DNA of 64,000 bases from Octopus vulgaris (lineage: Eukaryota). Position numbers and translations under genes: made by a program. Position 1 is the stretch's first letter. Each line of letters opens with the position of its first letter. The stretch covers positions 100,006,001 through 100,070,000 of the forward strand of contig OX597817.1 of assembly GCA_951406725.2 (NCBI GenBank), given 5' to 3'. The notes under the pieces are model-generated. The model ran no database searches, was not told the origin of the DNA, and was given only the letters and a program-made list of their open reading frames with translations. Below are positions 25,733-39,890 of the stretch, piece after piece.

Positions 25733-27925
25733 ACGTCGGACATAGAAGGTAGCTGGAAATTCCTACGGGACAGCTTGCTGGGTGCCACAGACCAAGTCTG
25801 TGGATGGTGCAAAGTCCCTTCCAGACCTAGAGTTACATGGTGGTGGAATAGTACAGTAGACAAAGCCATTAGTGCAAAGAAACAGGCCTGGAAAGCCTGG
25901 AGGGATGGAGGTAGCAGGGAACTGTACCAGGTAGCCAAAAGGGAGGCTGGGCGGCAGGTATACATAGCCAAAGATGTAGCAGAAAAGAAGAAGTTTACCA
26001 ATGTCCAGCGACGTGAGGACCAAAGAACTGAGGTATTTCGAATTGCTAGACAGTGTGTGAGAGAAAATAGTGATGTTACAGGAGAGAAATGTGTCCGCAT
26101 GGATGATGGTGCACTTGCTTTTAATGATGGTGAAAAGAAAGAGGCTTGGAAAAGCCATTATAAAAGACTGCTGAATGTGGAGAATGAATGGGAGGAGGAG
26201 AGCCTGCCAAATGTTGACCCAGTATAGGGACCAGCTATCCGAATAGACAGCTCCCTTGTAGTTAAGGCAATTAAGGGTATGAAACCAGGTAAAGCCCCCG
26301 GCCCATCGGGAATCACTGCTGAGATGCTTAAGACAGCTGGTTGTGTGGGCTATGGCCTAGTCACCCGTATTGTTAACCAGGTAGTTCATAATGGTGTCAT
26401 ACCCAATGTCTGGCGTAGCAGCACCATAGTCAATTGCTACAAGGGTAAAAGTGATGCTCTTGATAGAAATAACTACAGGGGTATTAAACTGTTGGATTAG
26501 GTGATGAAGGTCACAGAGAGGGTCATAACCCATCTCATTAGAGAGAGAATTTGCTTAGATGAGATGCAGTTCGGTTTTGTGCCAGGTAGAAGCACCACTG
26601 ATGCTATATTCCTGGTCCGACAACTGCAAGAGAAATACCTAGCTAAAGATAAACCCCTTTACATAGCTTTTGTGGACTTGGAGAAAGCCTTTCTGGTGGT
26701 CGATGCGGAAACTGGATATTGACGAATGGCTAATAAGGGCTGTACAGGCCCTATACAGAGAGGCTGTCAGCAAGGTTAGGATTGGCAACGAATATAGTGA
26801 AGAATTCCAGGTAGAAGTAGGTGTACACCAAGGTTCAGCCCTCAGTCTCCTTTTATTCATCATAGTCCTCCAGGCAATAACAGAGGAATTCAAAACAGAT
26901 TGCCCCTGGGAGCTCCTCTATGCTGATGACCTGGCTCTCATAGCAGAATCACTACCAGAACTAGAAAAGAAATTTTGGGTGTGGAAGCAAGGGTTAGAAT
27001 CAAAGGGCCTTAGAGTAAACGTAGCAAAGACCAAAGTTATAGTAAGCAGAAAGGCGAACTCAGCACACACACCCTCAGGCAGGTGGCCCTGTTCGATCCG
27101 TAGGAAAGGTGTAGGTAGAAACTCCATAAGATGTACCCAGTGTAAGCTATGGACGCTTAAGTGGTGCAGCAACATCAAAGGGAAATTAACTGACAAGATA
27201 GCTTTCATGTGCGGCAGAATAACAGGGACAATAGACACCACAGATACTCAGAAAACAGATTCCATCACACTCCAGGGGGAGAAACTAGAAGTAGTTGATA
27301 GTTTCCGCTACCTGGGTAACCAAGTTAGTAGTGGAGGTGGATGCTCAGAGAGTGTCACCACTAGAATACGAATAGCCTGGGCAAAGTTTAGAAAGCTCCT
27401 ACCCCTACAGGCGACAAAGGGTCTCTCGCTCAGAGTGAAAGGTAGATTGTATGATGCATGTGTGCGAACTGCCATGCTTCACGGTGGTGAAACATGGGCT
27501 GTGACTGCAGAGGACATGCGTAGACTTGAAAGAAATGAAGCTAACATGATCCGCTGGATATGTAATGTCAGTGTGCACGCACGACAGAGTGTAAGCACCC
27601 TGAGAGAAATGCTGGACATAAGAAGCATCAGATGTGGTGTGCAAGAGCGACGCTTGTGATAGTATGGTCATGTACTGGGGATGGATGAGGAGAGATGTGT
27701 GAAGAAGTGCCGCTCCCAAACAGTTGAAGGTATCAGGGGGAGAGGTAGACCCAGGAAGACATGGGATGAGGTAGTCAAGCATGACCTCAGAGCGTTGGGC
27801 CTCACAGAGGCAATGATGAAGGACTGAGATCTCTGGAGATATGCTGTGACTGCAAAGACCCGGGCTGCTTCCTGCACCAGTCCCGCATAGCTCCTGCCCA
27901 TTCAAAGTGCACCATGCCACACAAG
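25733..27925 (+). mobile_element. RTE-clade LINE, 5'-truncated, with stops and a frameshift
   Basis: Motifs KAPGPSG, NYRGIKLL, QFGFVPGRSTTDAIF, VDLEKAF, GVHQGSALS, LLYADD and FRYLG. In-frame TAGs at 26225 and 26498, and a deletion after DLEKAF. Confidence 0.93.
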
Positions 27926-27929
27926 CAAG

Positions 27930-28180
27930 AGAACCCAGTCGAGGCTGTCAGACAATTTCTGCAACTACATCACCTCTAACATCTGGCTGCCTAACTCCCC
28001 ACACTGTAACCCCCTTGATTATTATGTGTGAGGCACAATTGAGTGAGAGACCAACAAAACTCCTTGTAACACCAATGATGATCTTAAGGCAAGGAATATG
28101 GCAGCATTCACCAACTTAAACAAGGAGCCCTTCCAGAAGTGTTGCAGGAGATTCCAAAGTCATCTGGTGGCCATGGTGAA
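27930..28180 (+). mobile_element. Tc1/mariner transposase C-terminal fragment
   Basis: Decayed WLPNSPHCNPLDYYV motif followed by ..KCCRRFQSHLVAMV. Confidence 0.65.
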
Positions 28181-30275
28181 TTGTATGTTGCTATTAATAT
28201 TGTTAAGCATTACTTTTGAAATCGAGGAGTTTGTCCATGCTGTCTATCCAAAGTATAAAGCAATCATCCAAATACCTCTTCCAGTTCTCCTTTAAATAGC
28301 AATGAAATGAGGCGCCATATTTTTGTAGTGATGATTGATATATTTTAAGCTCTAGGTAATCCATTACAAGGTTCGCAATCACTGGAGCAGCTCAGGTTCC
28401 CATTGCAATTCCACATTTTTGTTTATAGTAAACAGTATCAAACATGAAATAGTTGTTCAGTAGGATGATTTTTAAAATGCTTTGATTATGAATCTGTTGT
28501 TAATGTCTTGGGATCTCTTCTGGGTATTTTTCTAGCCAGAAGGCGATCGCTTATATACCATAATTGTGTGGGATATTGGTGTACAGATTCACCACATTGA
28601 ATGATACTAACAGGATTCCTTCATTTATTGTCTCCAGGAGGTGGTTCAACATGTCTAAGTCATCCCTGATGAAGTTTTTCACATATTTTAGAAACGGTTT
28701 GAGTAAGATGTTGAGGAAGTTGCTCAAACAGTGGGTTTCACAAGCAGGGCCAGTAATGATGGGTCTCAGTTTGAGGTCAGTAGAGGGAGGAACATTAATG
28801 CACAGGCTTAGAGAAACTTTGCAAGCTTTACAAATATGTAGATTTTTGTTTATTTTAGGTAATCTGTAGAATAGACTAGGTCTGTATTTAAAATTGTATA
28901 AATAGTCTATTTCATGTTTAGTGAGGCCCTTTCCATGTATTTGAAGTAAGGCGGATAAGTTTTTAAGTGTCTTCCGTGGGTTGTATTGTACTATCTTCTC
29001 ATAGTAAATATTATTTTCCAACATGGAGAGTATTAAATTTTTGTAGTACTCTGTGTCCATCACCACTACCACACTTCCTTTGTCGGCTTTAATAGTGAGG
29101 TTTATATAATTTTTCCACTCGATTAGGTCTTTCCATTCATTTACATTAAGGTTGGATTTAATTCGTTGTTTTTGTAGGGTATTAAAAGGAAAACTGGTAA
29201 TGTGTTCGCAAAAAGCATCAAGTGCTTTATTTTTGCCTTTTGTAGGACAGTATTCACTTTTGTTTTTTACTATTGAGTCATCTTCGCTGGTGTAGTTGTG
29301 AAGTGCTTCTGTGAGGCGTAATTTTTGGCAGAAATCCATAGTGTTGTCCTTAATTTCATTCGGATTCGATCTGCGGGGAGGTTGGAGTAAATTTTAAACC
29401 TCTTGCTAGAATTTTAGTTTGTGTAATACTTAGGATTTTCTTTGATAAGTTGATTATTTTCAGTTGTTCTTGTACATTTTGTTCCATTTCACATCTCTGT
29501 TTCTCTGATTTAGGTCTAAAAAATGGTTGTAGTAGTTGGATTGTTGTGGAAAGTCTGTATTGTGTTTGGTTTGCTGAGGAAAAAATGGGTGTAAATTGTG
29601 TCTGTGGTAGTATGTTTGTGGTGGAGTGACTGTGTAGTGGACTAGATTATGGTTGTACTGAGGGTTGTTATATTGTCTATGGTTGATGTGGTTTGGATTA
29701 AATTTATTTTTAATATTGTAATATGTGTGGAAGGAGAAGTTAGGTTGTGTCTAGACAACTGACTGAAGTAACCATGTTGAGGGTTAAGTCTCCGAGGTAA
29801 ATTCTTCTATTGATTGTGAGATGATGGGGTGGGGTAGATTGGTAGGTATTATTTCCCAAAAGTTTAGGTCAGTCTGGAGGTTTCGACGGAATCTTTAATT
29901 TGTATTTAGGATGCCTTGAGGATTATGTCCAGATTTTCTATTGTGGGCTGAATTCCTGATTGTTTGAAAGTTATTTTGGAGTGTAAAGGTAAGGTCAATT
30001 GAGCTGTGTCCCCTAGATCGTCTGTGGTTTGTGTTAGATAAGCATGGGGGTAATTTCTGTTTATGTTGCTGGTTTATTTTTCTTCAGGAAGGGGTTATCC
30101 GATGCATTTTCTATGTTGACCTGCGTTTCGTAGTTAATAAAGAAATTGGCTTGTCTTTCCCAGCATTGTAGGGAGTTGTTCTCTTCAGCTTCGCAAGTTG
30201 TTTTCCACAGTTTATAAACACTTTCCAAGCATTGACCATCTGAATGTTTCTTTAATTCGTTGTAGATCTCCTCAT
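28180..30275 (-). mobile_element. Penelope-like element, RT region
   Basis: ORF 28551-29339 has IKADKGS, FYRLPKINK, LRPII and VSFNVVNLYTNIP. Downstream YKQKCGIAMGT (~28400) and RYLDDCF (~28260). Confidence 0.9.
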
Positions 30276-30284
30276 CTATCTATC

Positions 30285-30316
<32 letters not shown>

Positions 30317-30440
30317 CACACACATGTATATATTGTTGACTAATATATATATGTATATATACTCACACATGTATGTATTGTTGACTAATATATATATATA
30401 TATATATATACATACACACACATTTATATTTTGTTGACTA

Positions 30441-30471
<31 letters not shown>

Positions 30472-30486
30472 TGTATATATTGTTGA

Positions 30487-30527
<41 letters not shown>

Positions 30528-30530
30528 CCT
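30285..30530. repeat. Minisatellite of TTGTTGACTAA + (TA)n(CA)n units, 4 copies
   Basis: TGTTGACTAATATATA recurs at ~30333, 30379, 30432 and 30482. Confidence 0.85.
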
Positions 30531-30534
30531 ATAT

Positions 30535-30712
30535 ACACATAGGGTCTTCCAGCAGCCACCCTCTTGACCCAGGGCAGCACTACCTCCTTCAGGTACTTGA
30601 TGTTGAGTCTGAGGCTGAGTGGGAAGATGAATGGAGGCATAACATTACCATCACTAGTGATCACTCCAAACACCATGATGTTAACTGGATGTTTGATTTT
30701 TATCACTCTCTT
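30535..30712 (-). mobile_element. Tc1-like transposase fragment
   Basis: [36 protein letters not shown]. Confidence 0.7.
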
Positions 30713-31239
30713 CAAATTGATTGTCTTTAGATTGACACCCTACTATACTGTGTCGTCAACAAAATCAAAAACAAACAATATGCATGTGTGAAATTAAAAA
30801 TATAAAATGGCAACACTCTACCCATCCCACCATGTATAACGAGTACTTCAACACTGGACAATCTGCTTTCACTATTGGTACCTGTTCACATCAAGGTATC
30901 AGCCACTTTCATTACATCTAATAGCACATCATTAATTTCCAAAATGTATATTCATTAGCAATCTTAAAAACTTTGAGATTTAAGAAACAAATGGTTATAT
31001 AAGACCAAAAATACAAAATATTCTTTTTCATATTTCACTTATAGTCGTCAAGCACTTTAAGAGACAAGTGATTTTAAAAAGAAAACTTAGTCAACACACA
31101 CTAGACAGCATGGAGGGAAAATAAGTACATCAGTATTGTAATCATAAGTTAATAGCCTGAAGATTAAGGAAGAACATACTAAGAGCTCTGAACAAAGAAA
31201 AATTGTGTTAATATACTTTGTTAAAGGAGATATCTTTTA

Positions 31240-31595
31240 ACTTACTTGTTTTAGTAATCAGTAAGTGGCTATGCTGGAGCACCGCCTTGAAGAATTTTTA
31301 CTCAAATGAATCAATCCCAATACTTTCGGTCTCTCTTGCTGAACTGCTAAGTTACAGGGACGTAAACAAACCAATGCTGGTTGTCAAGCAGTGGTGGGGG
31401 ACAAATACAGACACAAAGACACACACACACACATATATTCAATGAGTTTCTTTCAGTTTCCATCTACCAAATCCACTCACAAGGCTTTGGTCAACCTAAG
31501 GTTGTAGTAGAAGATACTTGTCCAAGGTGACAAACAGTGGGACTGAAACTAGAACCATGTGATTGAGAAGCAAACTTATCACACGGCTATGCCTG
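31240..31595 (-). mobile_element. tRNA-derived SINE (same family as 8790-9200)
   Basis: Reverse-complement homology along the whole length. Confidence 0.85.
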
Positions 31596-32071
31596 TGACA
31601 GTATCCAATTTCCAATCACTAGTGCCACTCTAATCACTCTTTCCACCCATGAATGCTGGCTTCAGGAATTGTCTCTCTAGCTATGTTTTCCTTACTGGTT
31701 TTGGAGAGTTTATGAAAACCAATAAGAAATTCTTGAAATTTTTCTTCAGAGTAACATGAAAAAACTGGCATCCTCTGCATAAAAACAAATGAATTTTCTC
31801 TGAAAATCTGTATAACATTCTCCTCTAAGATCACAGGAAGGACAAACACATTTATCTCTTACACACACATGAATACAAATACTAGCACTATCTAAACTCA
31901 ATATAAAGGAGTTATGTTTTGTTAGTGACCAACCTTTCTGTTGCAAAGAGAAAAATCTAAATATTCAAGCCATATTGAATACACACATTTATATACATAT
32001 AAAAAGAAATGTTAAATGAATATCTAAGAGCAAAGCAAATGTTTAAAAGTAAGTAAACATGCGACACTCAC

Positions 32072-32111
32072 CAAACGATAATCCTTGTGCAAAGCAAGGC
32101 ATATCTAACAT
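32072..32111 (-). CDS. Candidate 40-nt exon, MLDMPCFAQGLSF + 1 nt if ATG-initiated
   Basis: Polypyrimidine acceptor TTATTTTTATCTCTCTTATAAGTAG| and strong donor TTG|GTGAGT. Open from ATG, phase 1. Confidence 0.35.
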
Positions 32112-32519
32112 CTACTTATAAGAGAGATAAAAATAATTCTGTAGTGTCCTATCAGCAGCTCAAAGCAAATTAACTAATAATCAGATTTCTTCATACTAAA
32201 GTTCACATACTTATAAGTGAGTAAGTGACAGATATACATACTGAGAGACAGGACATCAGGAAATGGTTTAATAGCTTGAATCATTTTTAGTAATTTGTTT
32301 GAACAGAATATTTCTACAGAATCATATCTATATAAGTACTTCAATCTACACACAGAGCACATAGATGTAAATACAAAATGAATACAGCAGACATGACAGG
32401 GAAGTCAATTTCGTTCAAGGCATTGTTAGATTTCAGAATGAGAGCAATGCAATCATAAATTAGTAAACTATCACCAATTTGTTTTTGTGTGTGTGTGTGT
32501 ATATTTATTTATTTATTAA

Positions 32520-32885
32520 AGGAAGAATGTTACGATCGAGAAGGTGAATCACAACGACCTTTTTGTATGCACAGTTTGTGACAGACCAAGCCTTTCTTTT
32601 GCTGGGCTCAAATCTCATTTGTGAACCCATGGAAAACGAACCTCCACCAACCATTCTGCCTATATGTCCGTGCATACTTTTAAATGCAATGTATGCCAGA
32701 ACGTTTGCAAATCTAACAGAGGCCTTTTAATATCCACAAAGATCAGAGCTTATCTGCAACTCTTGGTGGTCCAAATCAGATATGCAATCTATGTGGGTGT
32801 CTTTTTAAAACATTGTCTGATTTAAAAAGCCACATCAGATGCCATGATGGTTCTAAGGGGTAGGTACAGGAGGTGGTCAAATTCC
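32520..32885 (+). mobile_element. LINE (RTE-like) 3' fragment encoding three C2H2 zinc fingers
   Basis: FVCTVCDRPSLSFAGLKSHL*TH, FKCNVCQNVCKSNRGLL (frameshifted) and ICNLCGCLFKTLSDLKSHIRCH, then a stop and a short UTR. Confidence 0.6.
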
Positions 32886-33069
32886 ATACACACACACACA
32901 ATTCAATAATGTAAGATGGAAAATATTTTGCAGCAGATAAGGTTATAAATGAACCAATTAAGAAAATATAAAAATATGAATTTTAGCACTTTTGATGAAA
33001 GTTGATAGTTGAGCAGTCAATTTTAAAAGCAATCCTTATAAATTTCCTTATCTAAGTAAAAATAAATAT

Positions 33070-34585
33070 ATTTACCCTATGCACGTAAGCAAAAGCAGGA
33101 TATCGTAATTACTTGTCTTTGTGTGTTTGTTGGCAAAATTACTGAAAAACAGCTGAATGTATTTTCACCAAATTTGGCAGAAATACTCATTAGGTGGGTG
33201 GCTTGAAATGATGAAAATTTGGTTCAGTTATCTATCTTCAAACATACACAAATACATACATAGATATGCAACTGTGTGTGCATGTGCAGGTGTGCGTAGT
33301 GATGAATTTGAGGGTTTCATTTATTTACAAGTTGATTTCTTAATTTCACCCGAGAATAAATACCTGTAAAAATATTTTTTTTTTAAATCAAACTTAAAAT
33401 TTCCCAATAAGCATGTGGTCATATTATTTATATCCTACAATGAACTACAGTACATTTGATTCACCTGCCATCATTGAAAGATGTTCAAAACACTTCTTAA
33501 ATTCTATACAATATTTTCTGTAAGTATTTCATTTGTTCCCTTTCTTTTTCATATGAATCAACCCTCATCTGCATGTGTATAGATCATGGTATACCTATGC
33601 GTGTAGACATGTGGGTACATATATGCATACATGTCTGTTGTATTCATTTGCTATTTACATCTATGTGCTCTGTGTGTAGACTGGATTCTGTAGAAATATT
33701 CTGCTCAAACAAATTACTAAAAATGATTCAAGCTATTAAAACATTTCCTGATGTCCTGTCTCTCAGTATGTATATCTGTCACTTACTCATAAGTATATGA
33801 ATTTTTGTATGAAGAAATCTGATTATTAGTTATTTGCTAATAGGACACTACAGAATTATTTTTATCTCTCTTATCAGTAGATGTTAGATATGCCTTGCTT
33901 TGCACAAGGATTATGATTTGGTGAGTATCACATGATCTTTCTCCAGCTGAGTAACCTTGTAGTTCCTCTTCAGCAAGACACCTATATCTGTCTCACTATA
34001 ACCTTTTCATCATTACCTCCTCAGTTTTTGTCAAGCATGTACTTGGTGACCCTGTCAGTGCAGGTGCCACTTAAAAGCATCCAGTCTATACTGTAAAGTG
34101 GTTGGTGTTTGGAAGGGTATCCAGCTGTAAAAACCTTGCTAAAACTGACCTCACCTGTGCTTGTGTCACATAAAGAACATTAAGACCATTCTGCTGAGTA
34201 GTTGGTGTTAGGAAGGACGCCCAGCTGTAAAAAATCCTGCTATTACAGTCACAGAAGTCCAGTGCAAGCTTTGGCCTGGCCGGCTCTTGTGGTACTGACC
34301 CACCCATGCTAGCATGGAACATGGACGTTAAATGGTGATGATGATACATAAATATGAAACTGTGTGTGTGTGTATACAGTGATGGATTCAGGGGTTTCAA
34401 TCATTTATGAGCTGATTTCTTAATTTCACCATTCTTAGGCTACTAACCCTCTTTTAGTCAAACACTTACAAAGCTTAATTCAGTTCAATTAAAAAGCATA
34501 GGTAAGGAACGCATTGTAAGCTACACTATATTTTGCAAAAAAATTTATCTGCGTGCAGGGTATGCATTGCCCCTCCGATGCCTTT
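33070..34585 (+). mobile_element. Helentron-associated non-autonomous element (HINE/DINE-1-like) with captured or inserted sequence
   Basis: 5' subterminal TACCCTATGCACG vs 3' CGTGCAGGGTA. GTCT/GTTT-like run after the 5' end, 3' stem-loop GCATTG..CGATGC then a T-run. Internal direct repeat 33299-33350 / 34379-34430. Confidence 0.5.
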
Positions 34586-35595
34586 TTTTTCATTTTCTTT
34601 CAACACATAAAATGACTGAAAGGAAAACGTGAAGACTCATAACTATTTCATGAGTAATTAACATAGGTGAAATCAAAAGTATTGGCTGTGATTTACAAAT
34701 GTTTCTCAGAAGACAGAAACATTTAAATGACTACAAAAAAAATTGCAGTTTTTACCAAATTAAATTGCTATTAACTATCAAATACTCTCAGTGCTTCTAG
34801 GAATAAATATCTCCAAAAACACCCTGCAATGAGGATGTTATGAATTTATATAATTTGTATATACAACTCATCATTATTGACTGACATAAAAAAAAAAATC
34901 TGATTATTGAACTATCACAGCTGATTGAAAAAATATACTTTCACCCCTTTATTTACTTATTTTATTATATATGTATATCTAAGTATTTCATTCAATATTT
35001 CATGTTGCTTCAGTTCACTCAGCTGTTGAAATGATTTATGACATCACTGGTGCCAAGCTGGATCAGCCTTTGCTTTTACCTTGGAAAACATTAGTGTTGT
35101 GGAGAGGGAAGGCTAGTATGCATGGGCAACTTGTGCCTTGGAGGTTAACTTTCTAGGTGCTAACTTTCTAGAAGGTTAACATGGTCGTTCATGAATGACA
35201 GGGGTCTTTACCCTTTTTTACCAAGATCACCACACAGCACACTAAAAGCTGCAATCTATCCACAGTGAAATCCTTACAAGTGCCTCTGATTTTTCATGGT
35301 GGCCATATACCTGTAATACGACCACTTTTGCTTTCAACATTTTGAAACATCAATAATATTGCCAAATTTTGATTTTGAAAGATTAAGTTTTCTGCTCAGG
35401 CTGAAAATACAGTCCCATTCAGCTCTGAACAGTTGCGAAGTCATTATAAATTATTACAACATTACTTCCTGCTCTTTTTAACTAGCAAGTTATGTAGCCT
35501 CTACATCCAAGTCTACTTAACGTGCATGCCTTTATTCCATCTATCAGACTTACTGTTTTACGCTCCATACCCCATATTTTATGCAAGACTATGTA

Positions 35596-36807
35596 CAGGG
35601 TGATGAAGCAAAACTTGCAAAATTGCTGTAACATTTGAAACTCTCTCAATGAGCATCAATAGGTTAAGTAATTCACAAATATGTTAATAGCATTCACATA
35701 TAATTACAAAAGAATGATTTATTCTATGTGGCATCCACTGTTTGCAATAACAGCTTTCACATAGCCCCAGAACCCTGCACAACTCTTCATCACAAAGTCA
35801 CTGGACATCCTGGCCCATTCATCATTGATGGCAAGCTTCAGAGAGTTGATGTTGGGGTGGGAGGCTTTGTTGGCGGTATGCTCCAAAATGTCCCACATAG
35901 CATAGTCCAGAGGGTTGAGACCCAGGCTGGAAGAGGGCCAGAAGTCCACAGGCAAGAAAGCAGCAAAGCTGGATTAGCAGAAATTCTATACCTTCTTGGC
36001 AGTATGGCTGGGAGCACCATCCTGGGTCCACACAGAGTTGCCTTCTGGGTAGTTGGCCTTGAGCCATGGCAAGGCATGGTATCTCAGCGTCTTGTAGCAG
36101 ATGTCAGCACCTACCCATCTTCCTTCCATTGAAGGCCACAATACCAAAGGCCATGACCTAGGCTGGATGTTTTGCTATGAATGTGCCCCTGACATCAGCT
36201 GTTGACTCTGCAATGTACCAATCATTTCTGTGGCCCACAACAGCATCCACTGTGAAAATGATCTCAGAGAAAAATTTCACAATGGACCCTTTCTTCTTGA
36301 CGTATGTGAGAACCTTTTTGCACCTCTCCAGTCTCCTGGCCTTCATAGGTTCTGTCAGCAGGTGTCTCAGTGTCTTGGTGTAGGACTTGAGGTCCAAGGC
36401 ATCGTTCACAGCTGTTCTGACGGTCTTGGGGTCCAAGTTCAGAAGCCAGCTTCCTCATGAATGTGGTTGGGTCCATTGTAATTTGTCATGAAGGTGTTGA
36501 TGAAATTTTGATTCCACTTCTTGTTGGCCCCACTGCTGCCAGACTTCATTGCCCACATCCATTCTTTGCTTGATGTTATTAACTGTGCATAAAGATACTC
36601 GAACTATGTTGGAGATCCTCTTTGGATTGACTTGTGCACAGACCAAATTACATCAATTTTGGCATTTGTCTTCCTGTGCAGTCATATTTTCCAGTATTCC
36701 TGCAAAAAAAAAAGAGTTTATTCTTTGTTCTGCATTAGGTTTCATATCATTTGGTTGCTGTGAAATATTAGTGTAACTTTTAATGCAAGCTTTGCTTCCC
36801 TACTCTG
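35596..36807 (-). mobile_element. Tc1/mariner (maT/DD37D-like) transposon with both ends, decayed
   Basis: TIRs CAGGGTGATGAAGCAAAACTTGCA / TGCAAGCTTTGCTTCCCTACTCTG, TA TSDs. Motifs LLTEPMKARRLERCKK and FWPSSSLGLNPLDYAMW. Confidence 0.9.
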
Positions 36808-37099
36808 TATTTGTAAAAAGTAACTAAAACAAAGGTAAAATATAAAAGCGACCATGACAAGGTTCAAACTCTTATATTGTTTCTGAAGAATAATGAAATC
36901 TCTTCTAAGAGATTTTTAACAAATAAAACTAGAAAAAATTGGGAACAACTGTATTCATTAAAACAAGAAAAAAGAAACACCCCATAAGTATGGAAACTAC
37001 CTAAGAAGAAATAAAAGCCATATTTAATTACAAGAATAAAAATAAAACTGGTTGTAGTCAGAAAAAAGGAAATAAGCATTAAAATTATAAAAATTCACT

Positions 37100-38150
37100 A
37101 ATCATCATTTAACATTCATGTTCCATGCTGGCATGGATAAGATGGCTTGGCAGGATCTGCCAAGTCCAAGGACTGTGTGGTGCTCCAGTGTCTGCTTTGA
37201 CATTGTTTCAACAGCTTCCCCTCCGAATGCCAACCCCTTTACAGCATGTACTGAGTCTTTTTCTTTTTTCACAGCACCAGCACTAGTGGGGTCACTATGA
37301 AGCTTGCCTGACAAAGATTCTCTGAAGCTAGTGGATATATGACAGGTGATCAGGAGAGGAGGGGTATGAAAGAAAAGGCCAGAACAGGTTCTTGTTGCTA
37401 TGTAGCTACATGACTACTCACATCATAGAAGGTAAGGTAAGAGAGACCAGGGTAGAGCTGGAAAGAGCTGAGAATAGTGGTAATGAGGTGACTATTCTGC
37501 TACATGTATTCCTGGGTCTCACTTTTCCATAAGTTCCAGTCACACTAAGTGATGAGCACTTCTTGATACAACTATTCTCATCCATATTCATCTCATATCT
37601 ATACCATCAGTCTTCTTTCTTGCACACTACATTTGATTCCACTTATGCCCAATTTTTTTTCTCAGTACATTTGTACTTTGTCGTCAGTGCACACCCAATA
37701 GACCTGCAGCTTTATCTCTCTCCATATTTTTAATTGCTTTATATACCACACTGCTGTCAACTTCAATCATTGGTCTCTCTGCAAGGTCAGCATGAAATCG
37801 CCCCTCTATATTCCATGTATTTTCCACATTCAGCAACCTCTTACAATAGCATTTTCATGCCACTCTTTTGTCTTCCACATCAATGGTGAGGATATCTTCA
37901 TCATTCCAAATACACTCCTTTGTCCTCTCGCACATACTCTCTTGCAATCCTGAACAATTCATGCCTCTGATCCTCACATTACAGGACATGTACAAATCTC
38001 ATTTGTTCTGCTTCATCTTTATGCATACTTGTCACATAGCTGCTGTTCTAGCCATTTGAAAATGCTCTCTACTACTACTACCTTCTTTCCAGGTTATCCA
38101 AGCCTATCTCTTAACCTTTACTGCCTTGTAACTGCTTCATTCCAATACTT
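37100..38150 (-). mobile_element. Degenerate RTE LINE with 3'UTR
   Basis: Ends in the (GAT)n/CATGCCAGCATGGAA tail seen at 34300, 61990 and 63780. Decayed similarity to 25.8-27.8 kb. Confidence 0.6.
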
Positions 38151-39890
38151 TACTGATATATAGTAGTTAAAATGGCAATATCAAAGAAGCAAAAGGAAAT
38201 CTTGTTTATAAGTGAAGAGAAGAAAAAAGTAGGAGAAATAATATTCTTGATAATTTAATATAGATAGGTTTATGAAAATCTAGGACAACTTCAATTGGTT
38301 GTTGACAAACACCCTAAGTGAGTTTTTAAGTATACTTATCAGATAATACTTTGCAATTGAAGGACTTACAGTATCTACGTTTATCCTGGATACTCAATTA
38401 TGTTATGGCATTGTTCAAGTATAAACAAAATAGAGTTTACAGTCTAAATCATTTAAAATGTTAAAATAACTAATGAGAAACAACACCTGTGTTCATTGAC
38501 TGAGAAGCCTCTGAATACACCTGGCAATTATAGGGTTTACAAAATAAACTTTAATTCTTGAATCCGGAATTATAAAAGAAAAATGTTGATTTAGTAAATT
38601 TCCATTTTTTATATTATGACATCCAATTCTTTGTAAGTAAAGGGGAAAAGAACATTCAAAAATTTTTACTTAATTATTAAGAGACTAGCATCATATTAAT
38701 GTCCATCTAATCATAACACACAATTGAGCACACTCCTTTTACAAAAGTGTTATATTTCTAAAAGTACTCATAGAACATATATAGCACAGTTTCCTTTATA
38801 CAAGAGTAAAATACAAAAATACACCAGTAGTTAACTGCACAAAGATGTAGACTATAAATGAATGAATTCTAGATAAGGAAAATTTTCAAGTCTCACTCTA
38901 AAACAATTTTAGGATTATATTCTATTAGGGTTGAAAAAGAAAACAATCATATGCTCTGACCGTTACATAATTTTCCTTAAATGCTATCTATTAAGCCTGC
39001 ATCTCTACACCTAATAAGAGTTAGTATCAGCCCAATCTATACGATCTAATGATTTATTTTGTATATTGACTGATATAAAATATCTGACTTAAAGATGACT
39101 GGATCTTACTGCACCCAAATTGAGGAGACCCAAAATAAGAAATCATGATCATGCAACTATGAGAACCTACATGTTCTCTTGGGGATTATAGCACAAAATT
39201 TTAGAGCCAAATCAAAAATATTTTCATATAAAAAATGGGTTATTCCTGATTCTGTAAGATGTTGCATAATTTTTCAAAATACTATTCAAAACAAACCATA
39301 TGGTTTTTGTGCTAAAATCAATAAAACCTCCATAAAACTTATTCTGTCTTCACTACAAAATATATAACTCATTCTCGATTTCTTTTCACCAAACCTCATA
39401 TTTCCCATTGTGATTTTTCTGCTTAAGCCTCTTGATAGTTTCAATAAGCATTAAATGGCTTCAGAATCACTCTACATCAACCAAACTTCTACTATTCCTC
39501 CCCTATCCACATGTTAAAAAGTTACAGCATCATCCAAAGAATACTAACCCTCACACTCAATCCAAATATATATTTAAAAAATACACATACAAAACTGTAG
39601 CAGCCTCACTAACCTCCTTAGCTTCAATCACTGTCATGAGAGTTATAATACCAATGATACAAAGTATAACAAATGTCATATTTCAACTGTCTACTTTAGT
39701 GACCTTTGCTATGGTCACAAGAAACTACTGGTACACAAACCAAGGGAGCCTCTATGCAGTGACTGGACCTGCAAGATATGACAGTATTATCTCCCTTAGA
39801 TCCCACTCTACTATCTTAAACAAGACTTCATTAGATAACAGTGTAGCATACACACGAGTGAATTTCCTCTCTATTATATATACATACAAA

